Position numbers and translations under genes: made by a program. A DNA stretch of 59,148 bases from a virus. Taxonomy: Duplodnaviria; Caudoviricetes. The stretch is from IMG/VR virus record IMGVR_UViG_3300027639_000001, positions 1 to 59,148 of that record; one strand, given 5' to 3'. Numbering within the stretch: the stretch's first letter is position 1; each line of letters opens with the position of its first letter. Shown here in pieces: positions 25,505-35,711 of the stretch. Below the pieces are notes generated by a model, which was given only the letters and a program-made list of their open reading frames with translations, did not search any database and had not been told where the DNA came from.

Positions 25505-26488
25505 ATGAAAATTTCTTTCTACACTGTAGAATCTAATTTTGAACGTACTCATGGCTATGGTGTAGCTGGATACAAAGTAGTGACCTCTTTACAGCAATTA
25601 GGATACACTGTTCCTTATAACGATGCAACAGCCCCAGTACAATTAAATTTTTGTCAACCTAATTGGTTTGCAGATTTTTTGCGTCCAAATCAATATCAAA
25701 TAGCATACACTCCATGGGAATCTACAGAATTACCAGAAGATTGGCTTGAAATATTTAACGAATGTGATGAGGTATGGACAACCTCTGATTGGGTAGCAGA
25801 TATTTATAAAAATGCCGGAGTTGAAAAGCCAATTAAAGTATATTTACATGGAATTGATCCAATATGGAAACCAATAAAAAGAGTACGTAAAAAAGTATTA
25901 AAATTTTTTCATAATGGAGAGCCTGCACCCCGAAAAGGTGGTCAAATGGCCCTTGATGCATTTAGAGAAGCCTTTGGAGATGCAGAAGATGTGTCTTTAA
26001 CATTTAAGGCTAATAAAACATCAACAATTAGATCTAAAAATAGATATGGAAATATTGTTTCATTGCCCCGGAACGTGAGAGTTATTAACGCTCTTTACGA
26101 TGAACAAGCTCTAGTTGACTTTTACAGATCACATGATATCATGGTGTATCCTTCGTATGGTGAAGGCTTTGGGTTCATACCCCTACAAGCTCTTGCTACT
26201 GGAATGCCAACTATTTGTACAGCAGAGTGGGCACCATATAGAGATCATTTGCATGATCTTGCTCTTGATTCACAATATATAGAATCGCCATGGCAAGTTA
26301 TGCATCCGGGACAAGTTGTTGAACCCAATTTTGAAGATTTAGTCAAAAAATATAGATATGCCTATGAGCATTTTGAAGAGCTTTCTAATAAGTTTTTTAA
26401 AAATTCTTTTGCAATTCATAAAGAATATGATTGGTTAAAAGTGACAAAAGATGCAGCTCACGGGCTTAAAGAAAAATTTCAGCAGTAA
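25505..26488 (+). CDS. glycosyltransferase (GT-B, family 4-like)
   Basis: AAGGAG RBS; WEST, RKG, PSYGEGFG..PLQALATG.P.I. Confidence 0.9.
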   Translation: MKISFYTVESNFERTHGYGVAGYKVVTSLQQLGYTVPYNDATAPVQLNFCQPNWFADFLRPNQYQIAYTPWESTELPEDWLEIFNECDEVWTTSDWVADIYKNAGVEKPIKVYLHGIDPIWKPIKRVRKKVLKFFHNGEPAPRKGGQMALDAFREAFGDAEDVSLTFKANKTSTIRSKNRYGNIVSLPRNVRVINALYDEQALVDFYRSHDIMVYPSYGEGFGFIPLQALATGMPTICTAEWAPYRDHLHDLALDSQYIESPWQVMHPGQVVEPNFEDLVKKYRYAYEHFEELSNKFFKNSFAIHKEYDWLKVTKDAAHGLKEKFQQ

Positions 26489-26513
26489 AACCCAGAAAAT
26501 AATATGATATAAT

Positions 26514-26933
26514 ATGAAAACATGTAAAACGTGTACGATCACTAAAAGCTTGGAGGAATTTTATTCAAAAAGAGCCTCATGTAAACAATGTGATCGAAAT
26601 CGAGAAAGAGTCTTGGACAAAGACAAAGAAAAAAATCGAAAACTAAAGTATTATTATGGCATCTCGTTAGACGAATATAACGAGATGCTTTTTGATCAAG
26701 GTGGTGGATGTAAAATCTGTTCTAGAACTCCTGAAGAAGTGGGAACGCTAGTAGTAGATCACGATCATAATTGCCACCCCGGCAGAAGATCATGTAGAGA
26801 TTGTATTCGTGGGCTACTTTGTCAAGACTGTAATATAGGATTAGGTAAATTCTTTCATAATATGGAAATTTTACTCGAAGCGCAAAAATACTTAAACGAA
26901 GCAGGAGATAATAAATTTGACAAAGTTGGTTAA
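26514..26933 (+). CDS. endonuclease VII-family nuclease (probably homing)
   Basis: YGI....Y..M...Q...C.IC, VDHDH, RGLLC..CN.GLG. Confidence 0.9.
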   Translation: MKTCKTCTITKSLEEFYSKRASCKQCDRNRERVLDKDKEKNRKLKYYYGISLDEYNEMLFDQGGGCKICSRTPEEVGTLVVDHDHNCHPGRRSCRDCIRGLLCQDCNIGLGKFFHNMEILLEAQKYLNEAGDNKFDKVG

Positions 26934-28857
26934 TGAAGATGGATACTTAATAGATCCATATAGACAATTTATACATACCTCACGTTATGCTCGTTGGAAT
27001 GATAAACTTGGAAGACGAGAGACTTGGGAAGAAACAGTAGATAGATATATGAAGTTTATGGATGGTCATATTGAAGATATCCCAGATGAAATATATCATG
27101 AGATTAGAGTTGCAATTTTAAACATGGAAGTTCTTCCTTCCATGCGAGCATTAATGACAGCAGGACCAGCATTACAAAAGAATCACATTGCAGCATATAA
27201 TTGCTCATATGTCCCAGTAGATTCACCCCGGGCATTCGATGAGATTTTATATGTTTTAATGCATGGAACTGGTGTTGGTTTTTCAGTAGAGGCAAAAAAT
27301 GTAGATAAAATGCCAGTAATCGCTGATGAATTTGATGATACTTCTACAGTTATCGTCGTTGAGGATTCAAAAGAAGGCTGGCAAAAATCGTTCAAAGAAA
27401 TGGTTGCTATGCTCTATGCTGGAAATATTCCTACTTGGGATACTTCTAAGGTTAGAGAAAAGGGGGCACGGTTAAAAACTTTTGGAGGCCGTGCATCTGG
27501 ACCAGAACCCTTAGAAGAGCTTTTTAGATTTACAGTTGAGCTTTTTAAAAAAGCATCAGGCCGTAGATTAAAACCTATGGAATGTCATGATTTAGTATGT
27601 AAAATTGCGGACATTGTAGTTGTTGGTGGAGTCCGCAGATCAGCCCTTATTTCTCTGTCTGATCTAGACGATCAAATAATTGCTAAGTCTAAGATTGGAG
27701 AATGGTGGAATGCTAATGATCAACGACGTTTGGCAAATAATTCTGCCGTCTATGTTGATAAACCGGATGCAGAAACATTTCTTAAAGAATGGACTAACCT
27801 CGTTCAATCAAAATCAGGTGAACGAGGTATTTTTAATAGAAAAGCAGCTGCAAAAGCGGCCGGAAGATCAGGAAGAAGAACTACAGAAGGAATTGATTTT
27901 GGAACAAATCCATGCTCTGAAATCAATCTTAGACCATATCAATTTTGTAATTTAACAACAATTCCGGTTCAAGAATCAGATGATATTGAATCCTTAAAGA
28001 AAAAGGTAAGACTTGCTACGATTTTGGGAACATGGCAAGCAACCTTAACTAATTTTAAGGGATTAAGATCTATTTGGAAAAAGAACACCGAAGAAGAAAG
28101 ATTGCTTGGTGTGTCTATGACAGGAATTTTTGGAAATAAGCTATTGAATGGAAAAGATGGACTAGAAAGAACAGCAGATGTTCTTTCTGAACTCCGACAG
28201 GTATCTATTAAAGTCAATAAAGAGTGGTCAGAGAAACTTGGTATAAACCAGTCTGCTGCTATTACTTGCATTAAACCAGAAGGAACAACATCTAGCCTTA
28301 CAATGACATCTTCTGGAATTCATCCTTGGCACAATGAATACTACACTAGAACAGTTCGTGGAGATAAAAAAGATCCATTAACTCAATTCTTACTTGATTC
28401 TGGAATACCGGCAGAACAAGATGTTATGAATCCAGAAAACATGGTATTTAGCTTTCCAACCAAAGCTCCTGATGGAGCAATAACAAGAAAAGATATAACA
28501 GCAATTGAGCATTTAGAATTATGGTTGCTTTATCAAAGATATTGGTGTGAGCATAAGCCCTCAGTAACCATTAGTGTCAAAGAAGATGAATGGTTAGAAG
28601 TTGGTGCATGGGTATATAAGCATTTTGATGAAGTAACCGGTGTTTCATTTTTACCATATAGTGATCACACTTATAAACAAGCTCCATACCAAGATATTAC
28701 TGCTTCAGAATATAACGAAGCAATTAAAGCTATTCCATCAGAATTAGAATGGTCTTTATTGGGACATTACGAAGAAGATGATTCTGCTGTAGTTGGTGGA
28801 AGAGAATTAGCTTGTTCAGCCGGTGCTTGTGATATAGTTGATATTGGAACATCATAA
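26917..28857 (+). CDS. nrdJ: class II (AdoCbl-dependent) ribonucleotide reductase
   Basis: PSMRAL, YNCS, GGVRRSALI, TNPCSEI, KPEGT, EHKPS, C-terminal CSAGAC. Confidence 0.93.
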   Translation: MTKLVNEDGYLIDPYRQFIHTSRYARWNDKLGRRETWEETVDRYMKFMDGHIEDIPDEIYHEIRVAILNMEVLPSMRALMTAGPALQKNHIAAYNCSYVPVDSPRAFDEILYVLMHGTGVGFSVEAKNVDKMPVIADEFDDTSTVIVVEDSKEGWQKSFKEMVAMLYAGNIPTWDTSKVREKGARLKTFGGRASGPEPLEELFRFTVELFKKASGRRLKPMECHDLVCKIADIVVVGGVRRSALISLSDLDDQIIAKSKIGEWWNANDQRRLANNSAVYVDKPDAETFLKEWTNLVQSKSGERGIFNRKAAAKAAGRSGRRTTEGIDFGTNPCSEINLRPYQFCNLTTIPVQESDDIESLKKKVRLATILGTWQATLTNFKGLRSIWKKNTEEERLLGVSMTGIFGNKLLNGKDGLERTADVLSELRQVSIKVNKEWSEKLGINQSAAITCIKPEGTTSSLTMTSSGIHPWHNEYYTRTVRGDKKDPLTQFLLDSGIPAEQDVMNPENMVFSFPTKAPDGAITRKDITAIEHLELWLLYQRYWCEHKPSVTISVKEDEWLEVGAWVYKHFDEVTGVSFLPYSDHTYKQAPYQDITASEYNEAIKAIPSELEWSLLGHYEEDDSAVVGGRELACSAGACDIVDIGTS

Positions 28858-28875
28858 ATATTTTCAATTGATTTG

Positions 28876-28899
28876 AAAAGGGCCGAAAGGCCCTTTTTT
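28876..28899 (+). terminator. intrinsic terminator
   Basis: AAAAGGGCC-GAAA-GGCCCTTTTTT. Confidence 0.85.
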
Positions 28900-28901
28900 A
28901 T

Positions 28902-28930
28902 TTGCCTTTCATATCTGTAACTGATATTAT
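28902..28930 (+). promoter_or_regulatory. promoter for endolysin
   Basis: TTGCCT-17 bp-TATTAT with extended TG. Confidence 0.6.
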
Positions 28931-28952
28931 AGAATATTGAGGAGGTGAATAA

Positions 28953-29957
28953 ATGGCATATTTAACATGGCTGGCACAAGTACTAAGAGATGCTGGCTGT
29001 AAAGTTTATGAACACGGCAATTGGAAAGCTCATGGACATGGACCTATGAGTGATATTAGAGGAGTACTATTACATCATACTGCTGGTCCTGTAAATGGGG
29101 ACTATCCTTCAGCAAATACCGTTGTTAATGGTCGTCCAGGATTAGATGGTCCTCTTGCTCACCTAGGATTGGCACGTGATGGTTATTGGTGGGTTATTGC
29201 TGCTGGCCAGGCGTGGCATGCAGGAAACGGATCGTATTCTTGGTGTGGAACTAATAATGGAAATGCACATCTAATTGGAATTGAGGCTGAATCTACTGGA
29301 CGAGGTGATTGGACACAAGAGCAATTGGATGCTTATCCTAAAGGAGTGGCAGCATTACTAGATTATTTGGGACTTGGTACAGAGAGAGCAATAGGTCACA
29401 AAGAATGGGCACCAGGAAGAAAAATTGATCCTCATGGTTGGCCGGGAGACATGAAGGGTTTTAGGCTAGAAGTTCAATCAATTAGAAATGGAGAGGAGGA
29501 AGAAGACTTGAAAGACGACGAAAGACAAGCGCTTTTCGATATTAAAAATCAAGTAATGAAATTTATTGCAGGAAATCACTCAACAAATGGACAATGGGAC
29601 GACTCAAAGGTAGAGGTTCAAGATGAAGAAGGAAATGTTACTACCGAACTTGTAGAAAAGTGGGGCGTACTTGCTGTACCACCTGTAAAGGCAAATTTGG
29701 TAACTGGACCGAAAGGAAGATCATGGTTCTCTATGGTAACACCAGACAAAGATGCTGAAATTATTGGAATTTGGGCAGTAGCAGATAAAGGTCCAGGTCC
29801 TAAAGCAGGAGAATATCCACTAGTCACTGGTAAGTTTACTTTGACAAAAGATGATCGACCAATGTGGGAATTACCAGATGGAGTAACACAAGTTTCTGTA
29901 AAATATAAGGCAAGTAATCCAATTGGATGGTTGCTTGAACATAGATCAGAATGGTGA
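28953..29957 (+). CDS. endolysin, N-acetylmuramoyl-L-alanine amidase (Amidase_2) with C-terminal binding domain
   Basis: HHTA, GRPGL.GPL, AWHAG, IGIE, GHKEW..GRKIDP. Confidence 0.9.
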   Translation: MAYLTWLAQVLRDAGCKVYEHGNWKAHGHGPMSDIRGVLLHHTAGPVNGDYPSANTVVNGRPGLDGPLAHLGLARDGYWWVIAAGQAWHAGNGSYSWCGTNNGNAHLIGIEAESTGRGDWTQEQLDAYPKGVAALLDYLGLGTERAIGHKEWAPGRKIDPHGWPGDMKGFRLEVQSIRNGEEEEDLKDDERQALFDIKNQVMKFIAGNHSTNGQWDDSKVEVQDEEGNVTTELVEKWGVLAVPPVKANLVTGPKGRSWFSMVTPDKDAEIIGIWAVADKGPGPKAGEYPLVTGKFTLTKDDRPMWELPDGVTQVSVKYKASNPIGWLLEHRSEW

Positions 29958-30015
29958 TATAATTTAATTATGGGATCTGTGAAGTTGAATTAGTGCAGAT
30001 CGCTACTTAGGATGC

Positions 30016-30046
30016 AAACGGGCCGTAGTGCCCGTTTGTTTTTTTT
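30016..30046 (+). terminator. intrinsic terminator
   Basis: AAACGGGC-loop-GCCCGTTT, then T run. Confidence 0.75.
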
Positions 30047-30072
30047 ATATACCTATAGTATAATCAAAATAA

Positions 30073-30480
30073 ATGAACCTATTGGGAAGAGTAGAAGACT
30101 TATCAGATCAATTAAACCTGCTTATAGAAAAGGCAGAACTTTGGCAACTGCTGTTTGACGAATGTCCAATGGCTGTAGCTGCGTTTGATCATTCCATGAC
30201 TTTCTTTTTAGTTAATAATGCCTTTACACTACTTACTGGATTTTCTAGGCAAGAGATAATTGGGGAGAAAATAAAATTAGTTCTTCCAATGGATCAAAGG
30301 AAATCTCATTCTAAATATGAAAAAGAATTTATAAAAAATCCTATTAAAAAACTTGACAGGCATGGATTGTCTCCAAACATTTTAGATAAATCTGGTCAAG
30401 AAATACCAATACAAATAGATTTATCTTTTATTAATTATGATAGTAAAATATATTATATAGCATTTATGAGGAGAATATAG
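30073..30480 (+). CDS. stand-alone PAS-domain protein
   Basis: LFDECP.A....D......VN.AF..LTGFSR.EIIG.....LP...KSG.EIP....LS. Confidence 0.85.
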   Translation: MNLLGRVEDLSDQLNLLIEKAELWQLLFDECPMAVAAFDHSMTFFLVNNAFTLLTGFSRQEIIGEKIKLVLPMDQRKSHSKYEKEFIKNPIKKLDRHGLSPNILDKSGQEIPIQIDLSFINYDSKIYYIAFMRRI

Positions 30481-30884
30481 TGGCAAGTACAACAATACAA
30501 TTACCAGCAGGAACTGACGTTAGTCATATGATTAACTTTCCAATGGCCGCCGGATGGTTGGGCGGAGTTGTTGTTACACTATGTTCAAGTGTTAACGCAA
30601 CGGTACATGAAATGCTTTTTATAGCAGACTATGGTCCATCAGTACAAAAGCGCATCAGGCGTGTTGGCGGCACCAGTGTTAATAACTGGTTTGAATGGAC
30701 ATTAGGTAAATATTCACGTCCGCCCTGGTTTTTATATAATCATGAGTCCATGATGTGGATTAATTACACATCTACTGCAAATATTTCTGTATGTATAGAA
30801 ACAAATAGAAATGTGCAACCAAGACCATATCCAGATTATCCCGGTGATGTAAGTGACTGGGAAGGTACGATTTATTATGAGTAA
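30480..30884 (+). CDS. hypothetical protein sharing a domain with tail protein 48165 and the endolysin C-terminus
   Basis: QL..GT.....INFPM..GWLG...NAT.H...INYTST.N.S.C.E. Confidence 0.7.
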   Translation: MASTTIQLPAGTDVSHMINFPMAAGWLGGVVVTLCSSVNATVHEMLFIADYGPSVQKRIRRVGGTSVNNWFEWTLGKYSRPPWFLYNHESMMWINYTSTANISVCIETNRNVQPRPYPDYPGDVSDWEGTIYYE

Positions 30885-30886
30885 AC

Positions 30887-32488
30887 ATGAGCACCTATGA
30901 TCAGTTAGCATTATCAACAAGTCCAGCATTCTATTTAGCATCCCCATTGACAACTGATCAATCGGGGACAACAACATTTACAATTGATTCGAATACATCA
31001 ACTTTAGATGGACAACCCATTATTTTTGGTCATGAATCCTCATTCAGAATAAATGGTGATCAAGCAATAGAAATCACTGGAAATATGGGGATCTTTAGAC
31101 AGGATTCTAGTATTGAGCTTGTTGTTTACTGCTTAAGACCACAGGATGAAATTCCATTGCTGGCAGATCCTACCACCGGCAGTGGAATATTTCTGACAAA
31201 TACTGGAGTATCACTAGTGCTTTATTTCGATTATTGGAGAATGATTTCTCCTATAATAGTTTCACTAGACGTTACTGACTGGAATCAGAAACTACACATT
31301 GTAGTTAATTTTATGAATAATCAAGCTGAACTTAATGTAAATTCTCAGTCAGTCATTTTAGAATATGTTGGAGATCCTGTAGCGGTTGCTGATTGTAAAA
31401 TAGGGTCTGGAACTTTAGATGCTAGTGAGTCATTTTTTCTAGATGGGCTAGGAGTCTATTTCAGAGGATTTGAGCAAAAAACAAAGTATATTGATGACGA
31501 TAATTTGGGGTATCAGTATCTTTCTTCCAGAAAATACGGCGGAATCAATACAGTATTTTCTGGAAATACTGTAGCTATGACATCAGTAGTATCATCTGAT
31601 GACTTTACTTTTTTTGATGACGTTGGACAAGAAAGTTTTGCATACTATCAAGTACCTGCAACAGAAGACGATAAGCTATTTGATTTTGTCACTGTAAAAA
31701 ACTCTAATGAAAATGTTAATCTTTATTATAGAATAAATCAAGAATCCACATGGACACAAATTATTAATAGTGCAATTATTGACATTGATGAAGAAATGCC
31801 TCTTATCACATTCAAACAGTATCATGGTGGACAAAGAGACAGCGTTCAATTTGAATTGAAAATAAATGTATTTTTCGATGGTGGCGTTACTTATCAAACG
31901 CCTGCGAATTTAACATCTGTGGGTGGAGCCATTTATCCAGAAGTATATGAGGCATCGATAGTTAATTGTCCGGATGGAGTTATTCTTCAAGACTCTTATT
32001 ACAATGGAGAATGGATTTCTGGTCAATTTTTTGAAGATGTGCCTAAAACTATAGAAGTAGTTTTCAGACCAGAAAGTATTGATGTAAAAACCTATGTATT
32101 TAACTCTGCCGATGGATCAGCCTCGTTTGGTCCCTCTGGATCTATAGTGGGATACACTGCTTATCTAAATGGTCAATTAGTTACAGATTTAGATAACGTT
32201 CAGAAAAATCAGTGGTATCATTTAGTCCTTGTAGACTCAACACCAGCAGACACAACTTTTTCTTTAAATTTTCCAGATCCAAGTAATATATCTTATATGA
32301 TTTTGACTGGATATCAAAATGAATTGGCAGAATCCGATGCCTTGGTCTTGTATAAAACATTAGTTGGAACAGACAATATTTCAGAGACTGAAAATTTAGG
32401 AATAGTTTCAGAATATGTAGGAGAAACTGGAACAGCATATACCCCTTATTCATATGCTTGGTCAATTATTGGTGCAGGCGGCAATTAA
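30887..32488 (+). CDS. probable virion protein (beta-rich, LamG-like segments)
   Basis: Y....L..SP..Y start, WYHLVLV; upstream of portal. Confidence 0.5.
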   Translation: MSTYDQLALSTSPAFYLASPLTTDQSGTTTFTIDSNTSTLDGQPIIFGHESSFRINGDQAIEITGNMGIFRQDSSIELVVYCLRPQDEIPLLADPTTGSGIFLTNTGVSLVLYFDYWRMISPIIVSLDVTDWNQKLHIVVNFMNNQAELNVNSQSVILEYVGDPVAVADCKIGSGTLDASESFFLDGLGVYFRGFEQKTKYIDDDNLGYQYLSSRKYGGINTVFSGNTVAMTSVVSSDDFTFFDDVGQESFAYYQVPATEDDKLFDFVTVKNSNENVNLYYRINQESTWTQIINSAIIDIDEEMPLITFKQYHGGQRDSVQFELKINVFFDGGVTYQTPANLTSVGGAIYPEVYEASIVNCPDGVILQDSYYNGEWISGQFFEDVPKTIEVVFRPESIDVKTYVFNSADGSASFGPSGSIVGYTAYLNGQLVTDLDNVQKNQWYHLVLVDSTPADTTFSLNFPDPSNISYMILTGYQNELAESDALVLYKTLVGTDNISETENLGIVSEYVGETGTAYTPYSYAWSIIGAGGN

Positions 32489-32545
32489 ATGGGCAACATT
32501 TGGTCCAATTTGCTAAATAATGGGCAATCATGTTAAAATATTTTT

Positions 32546-32881
32546 ATGAATAGCCCAAAAAATAGCAATAAAATAACAGTAATCAGTGAAACTGATTTGG
32601 GAATCTATGTCTGGCAAATGCCGGATGGTAGATTTGTTACAGATAAAGATCTTAACGTCATGAATATTGTTTCTAGAAGAAATGATTTACAGGCAATGGC
32701 TACTTTAACAAGAGTGGCGAGAAAACATGACATTCATGAAGGCCGCCCCTATTTTATTGAGGGTGCAAGACGAACAGATGATGAAGAATTAAAAGAGCAA
32801 GTGGAAAGAATGAAGGCGGGACTTGTTCCAGACCCGTATGACATTGGTGTGTATAAGGAGTCATTAAGAAATAATGAGTAA
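32546..32881 (+). CDS. conserved hypothetical protein preceding portal
   Basis: G.YVW.MPDG....D....MNI...R....E..EQ..R...GL.P. Confidence 0.7.
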   Translation: MNSPKNSNKITVISETDLGIYVWQMPDGRFVTDKDLNVMNIVSRRNDLQAMATLTRVARKHDIHEGRPYFIEGARRTDDEELKEQVERMKAGLVPDPYDIGVYKESLRNNE

Positions 32882-34406
32882 AGAGGATCAAGAAGAAAAG
32901 TTATTGGAAGTAACAATAACTAATCGAGTAAGTATAGAAGATACATCAGTAGATTCCTTTGAAAAATCTCTAGATGAGATTAGATCTCTTCGTGGATTGC
33001 ACAGAAATTTTATACGCAAAGCAGACCGTGCTGCCAATAAAGAGGCTCAATCTAAGCGTGTAGATAGAGATAGACATTTTGGCTATAACTATTTGGACTG
33101 TGTAACGCCACCGTACAACTTTGACTATTTGTCAAAACTTTATGATCTTTCTCCCGCACATCATTCAGCCAGTAATGCTAAAGTTGATAATATTGTTGGA
33201 TTAGGTTGGGAATGGATAGAGTCTCATTTAGTCAAAGAGAAAAAGTCTAAAGCTAAAACTAAGCGCAAACTTGAGATTATTGATCAAACGCTTACTGAAA
33301 CAAAGAATGCTCTGAATGAGTGGATTGATACTGTAAGCAAAGAAGATCCATTCGAAGAGACCTTGAGAAAGATTTGGATCGATTATGAAGCTACTGGAAA
33401 CGGTTATATGGAAATTGGACGTATGAAAAACGGACAGATAGGTTACATAGGTCATATTCCACCAAATAATCTCAGGGTTAGAGTAGAAAGAGATGGATAC
33501 GTTCAAATTGTTGGTAATATTGCAACCTATTTTAGAAATTTTGGTGAACAAAATCCAAATCCAGTTACTACTGATACAATGCCAAATGAAATTATTCATT
33601 TTAAGAAATATAGCCCAACAAACGCTTTCTATGGAGTTCCAGATATTATTTCAGCTAAGACGGCATTGGCCGGAAATGAATTTGCTGCTAGATATAACTT
33701 AGACTACTTTGAAAATAAAGCTATTCCAAGATATGCAATTATTGCTAAAGGAAGTCGTCTTTCGCAGGGTGCTATCAATAAGTTGGTAGAGTTTTTTGAA
33801 ACTGGATTGAGAGGAAAACATCATCGAAGTGTTTATATTCCTATTCCAGCTGGTGATAACGACATTAAGTTTGAAGCCATTGAATCATCAACACAAGATT
33901 CTTCATTTGGCTCATATCGAGAATCAAATAATGAAGAAATCTTTATGGCCCATAGAGTTCACAAATCTAGAGCTGGTGTTTTAGATAGTTCTGGCGGACT
34001 ATCAGCAGCCCGAGATGCAGACAAAATCTTTAAAGAATCAGTCTGTAGACCAGAGCAAAGAATTATTGAAAAGAAGCTTAATAAAATCTTTAAAGAAATA
34101 ACCGATATGTTCTTATTCAAATTAAGTGAATTGAGTTTGACAGACGAAGACACTCAATCAAAGATTGATGAAAGAAACGTTCGCATGGGCATTGATGTAC
34201 CTGATGAAGTTCGTGCAAGAGATGGAAAGCCGCCTAGACCAGATGGTAAAGGTAATGAACCTTGGGCTGCTAATCCTCAACAGGCAGCAGAACAAAATGC
34301 TCAATCAGCTGCAAGCCGTACAAGAGATTCTGAAAGGTCAGCAGGTGCATCCGATTCAGATGGTGAGGGCAGAAACGAGCAAGGCGCAGGCCGAAAAACA
34401 TCATAA
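32874..34406 (+). CDS. portal protein
   Basis: PPYN...L, DYEATGNGY.E, EIIHFK, YGVPD, YFEN.A.P, EVR. Confidence 0.9.
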   Translation: MSKEDQEEKLLEVTITNRVSIEDTSVDSFEKSLDEIRSLRGLHRNFIRKADRAANKEAQSKRVDRDRHFGYNYLDCVTPPYNFDYLSKLYDLSPAHHSASNAKVDNIVGLGWEWIESHLVKEKKSKAKTKRKLEIIDQTLTETKNALNEWIDTVSKEDPFEETLRKIWIDYEATGNGYMEIGRMKNGQIGYIGHIPPNNLRVRVERDGYVQIVGNIATYFRNFGEQNPNPVTTDTMPNEIIHFKKYSPTNAFYGVPDIISAKTALAGNEFAARYNLDYFENKAIPRYAIIAKGSRLSQGAINKLVEFFETGLRGKHHRSVYIPIPAGDNDIKFEAIESSTQDSSFGSYRESNNEEIFMAHRVHKSRAGVLDSSGGLSAARDADKIFKESVCRPEQRIIEKKLNKIFKEITDMFLFKLSELSLTDEDTQSKIDERNVRMGIDVPDEVRARDGKPPRPDGKGNEPWAANPQQAAEQNAQSAASRTRDSERSAGASDSDGEGRNEQGAGRKTS

Positions 34407-34407
34407 T

Positions 34408-34436
34408 TTGCATGATATAAAAAAATAGTTTATAAT
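34408..34436 (+). promoter_or_regulatory. late-type promoter
   Basis: TTGCAT-17 bp-TATAAT. Confidence 0.7.
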
Positions 34437-34445
34437 GAGAATCAA

Positions 34446-35681
34446 ATGATAGAGAAAGCACAATTTTCAACAGACAATGATAGAATTCAAATTGGAATTC
34501 CATTTGTTAAGCATAATGAAGAGAAGCGGACCGTTTCCGGATTTGCTACATTAGATAATGTAGATTTAAGTGGGGAAGTTGTCACTGCCGATGCTTCGAG
34601 AAAAGCTTTTGAAAATTTCCGTGGAAATGTTAGAGAACAACATCTGCCTATAGCGGCCGGTAAAGTTGTCAATTTTCATCAGGAATCATATTTTGATTCT
34701 GCAACAGACAGAATATATAATGGAATATTTGTTGATGTGTATGTCAGTAAGGGTGCTCAAGATACCTGGGAAAAGGTATTAGACGGAACTCTTACTGGCT
34801 TTTCTATTGGTGGAACAATTAAATCATCAGATGAATATTATGATGCTAAATCAGATAGATGGATAAAATTTATTAATGACTATGATTTAATAGAACTAAG
34901 TTTAGTTGATTCACCAGCAAATCACCTATGTAATGTATTTTCAATAGCTAAAAGTAATGATGGCCTATCTGCACAAGGTATTGCTACAGAAACTGTTGTC
35001 GAAAATGTATTTTGGTGTGCAACTGATTCCATTGCAATAGCTACAAAAGAAGAAAAGTCTTCATGCTCCATTTGTCAAAAAGAGATGTCAAACCAAGGTT
35101 GGTTTGAATCAACTGAAAACAAAACGGAGAAAATGAGAGAAATTATATCAAAGTCTTTAAAGACTGAAGAGTCAGAGGAAATGAAAGGAGGTTCCCAAGT
35201 GGCTGAAAAAAACACTGAAGAAGCTGAATTAACAAAGTCAGAAGTCACAGAGGAAGCAACAGAGACAAACGAAGGCACAGAAGTAATGCAAAAATCTGAA
35301 GAAGCTTCTGAAGTCGCTACTGATGAGCCGGATTTCGAATCTATGGCTAAAGCTCTTGACGAAATTAAAAAGTCAGTTTCTACATATACAGAAGCTAGAG
35401 GAGCGGAAAAAGAAGAATTAATTAAGGCTGTTTCAGACAAGGTTAAAGAGGTTCAAGACGGAGTTCAAGAACAATTGGCAGATCTTTTAAAGAAGCACGA
35501 TGCTTTAGCTGAGCAGTTCCAAGGATTTAAGGCGGGTCTAGATAATGTCGAAAAAAGACTAGATGCTGAACTAGATACTGCTGTAAAGAAATCACAATCA
35601 TCAACTTCAAATCTTGATGATGAATTGAAAAAAGAGAAAAAAGGACTATGGACAGGCGTACTTCTTCCAAGTAACGACTAA
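34446..35681 (+). CDS. capsid maturation protease with C-terminal scaffold
   Basis: VSGFAT...D, REQH, GFSIGG, ELSLVDSPAN; acidic coiled-coil tail. Confidence 0.88.
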   Translation: MIEKAQFSTDNDRIQIGIPFVKHNEEKRTVSGFATLDNVDLSGEVVTADASRKAFENFRGNVREQHLPIAAGKVVNFHQESYFDSATDRIYNGIFVDVYVSKGAQDTWEKVLDGTLTGFSIGGTIKSSDEYYDAKSDRWIKFINDYDLIELSLVDSPANHLCNVFSIAKSNDGLSAQGIATETVVENVFWCATDSIAIATKEEKSSCSICQKEMSNQGWFESTENKTEKMREIISKSLKTEESEEMKGGSQVAEKNTEEAELTKSEVTEEATETNEGTEVMQKSEEASEVATDEPDFESMAKALDEIKKSVSTYTEARGAEKEELIKAVSDKVKEVQDGVQEQLADLLKKHDALAEQFQGFKAGLDNVEKRLDAELDTAVKKSQSSTSNLDDELKKEKKGLWTGVLLPSND

Positions 35682-35711
35682 AAATAAAATAAAGAAAGGA
35701 GTAAAAATACT

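Noticed and set aside
26917-28857. Intein or intron in nrdJ
   Set aside because: Continuous ORF of normal length with no splice motifs
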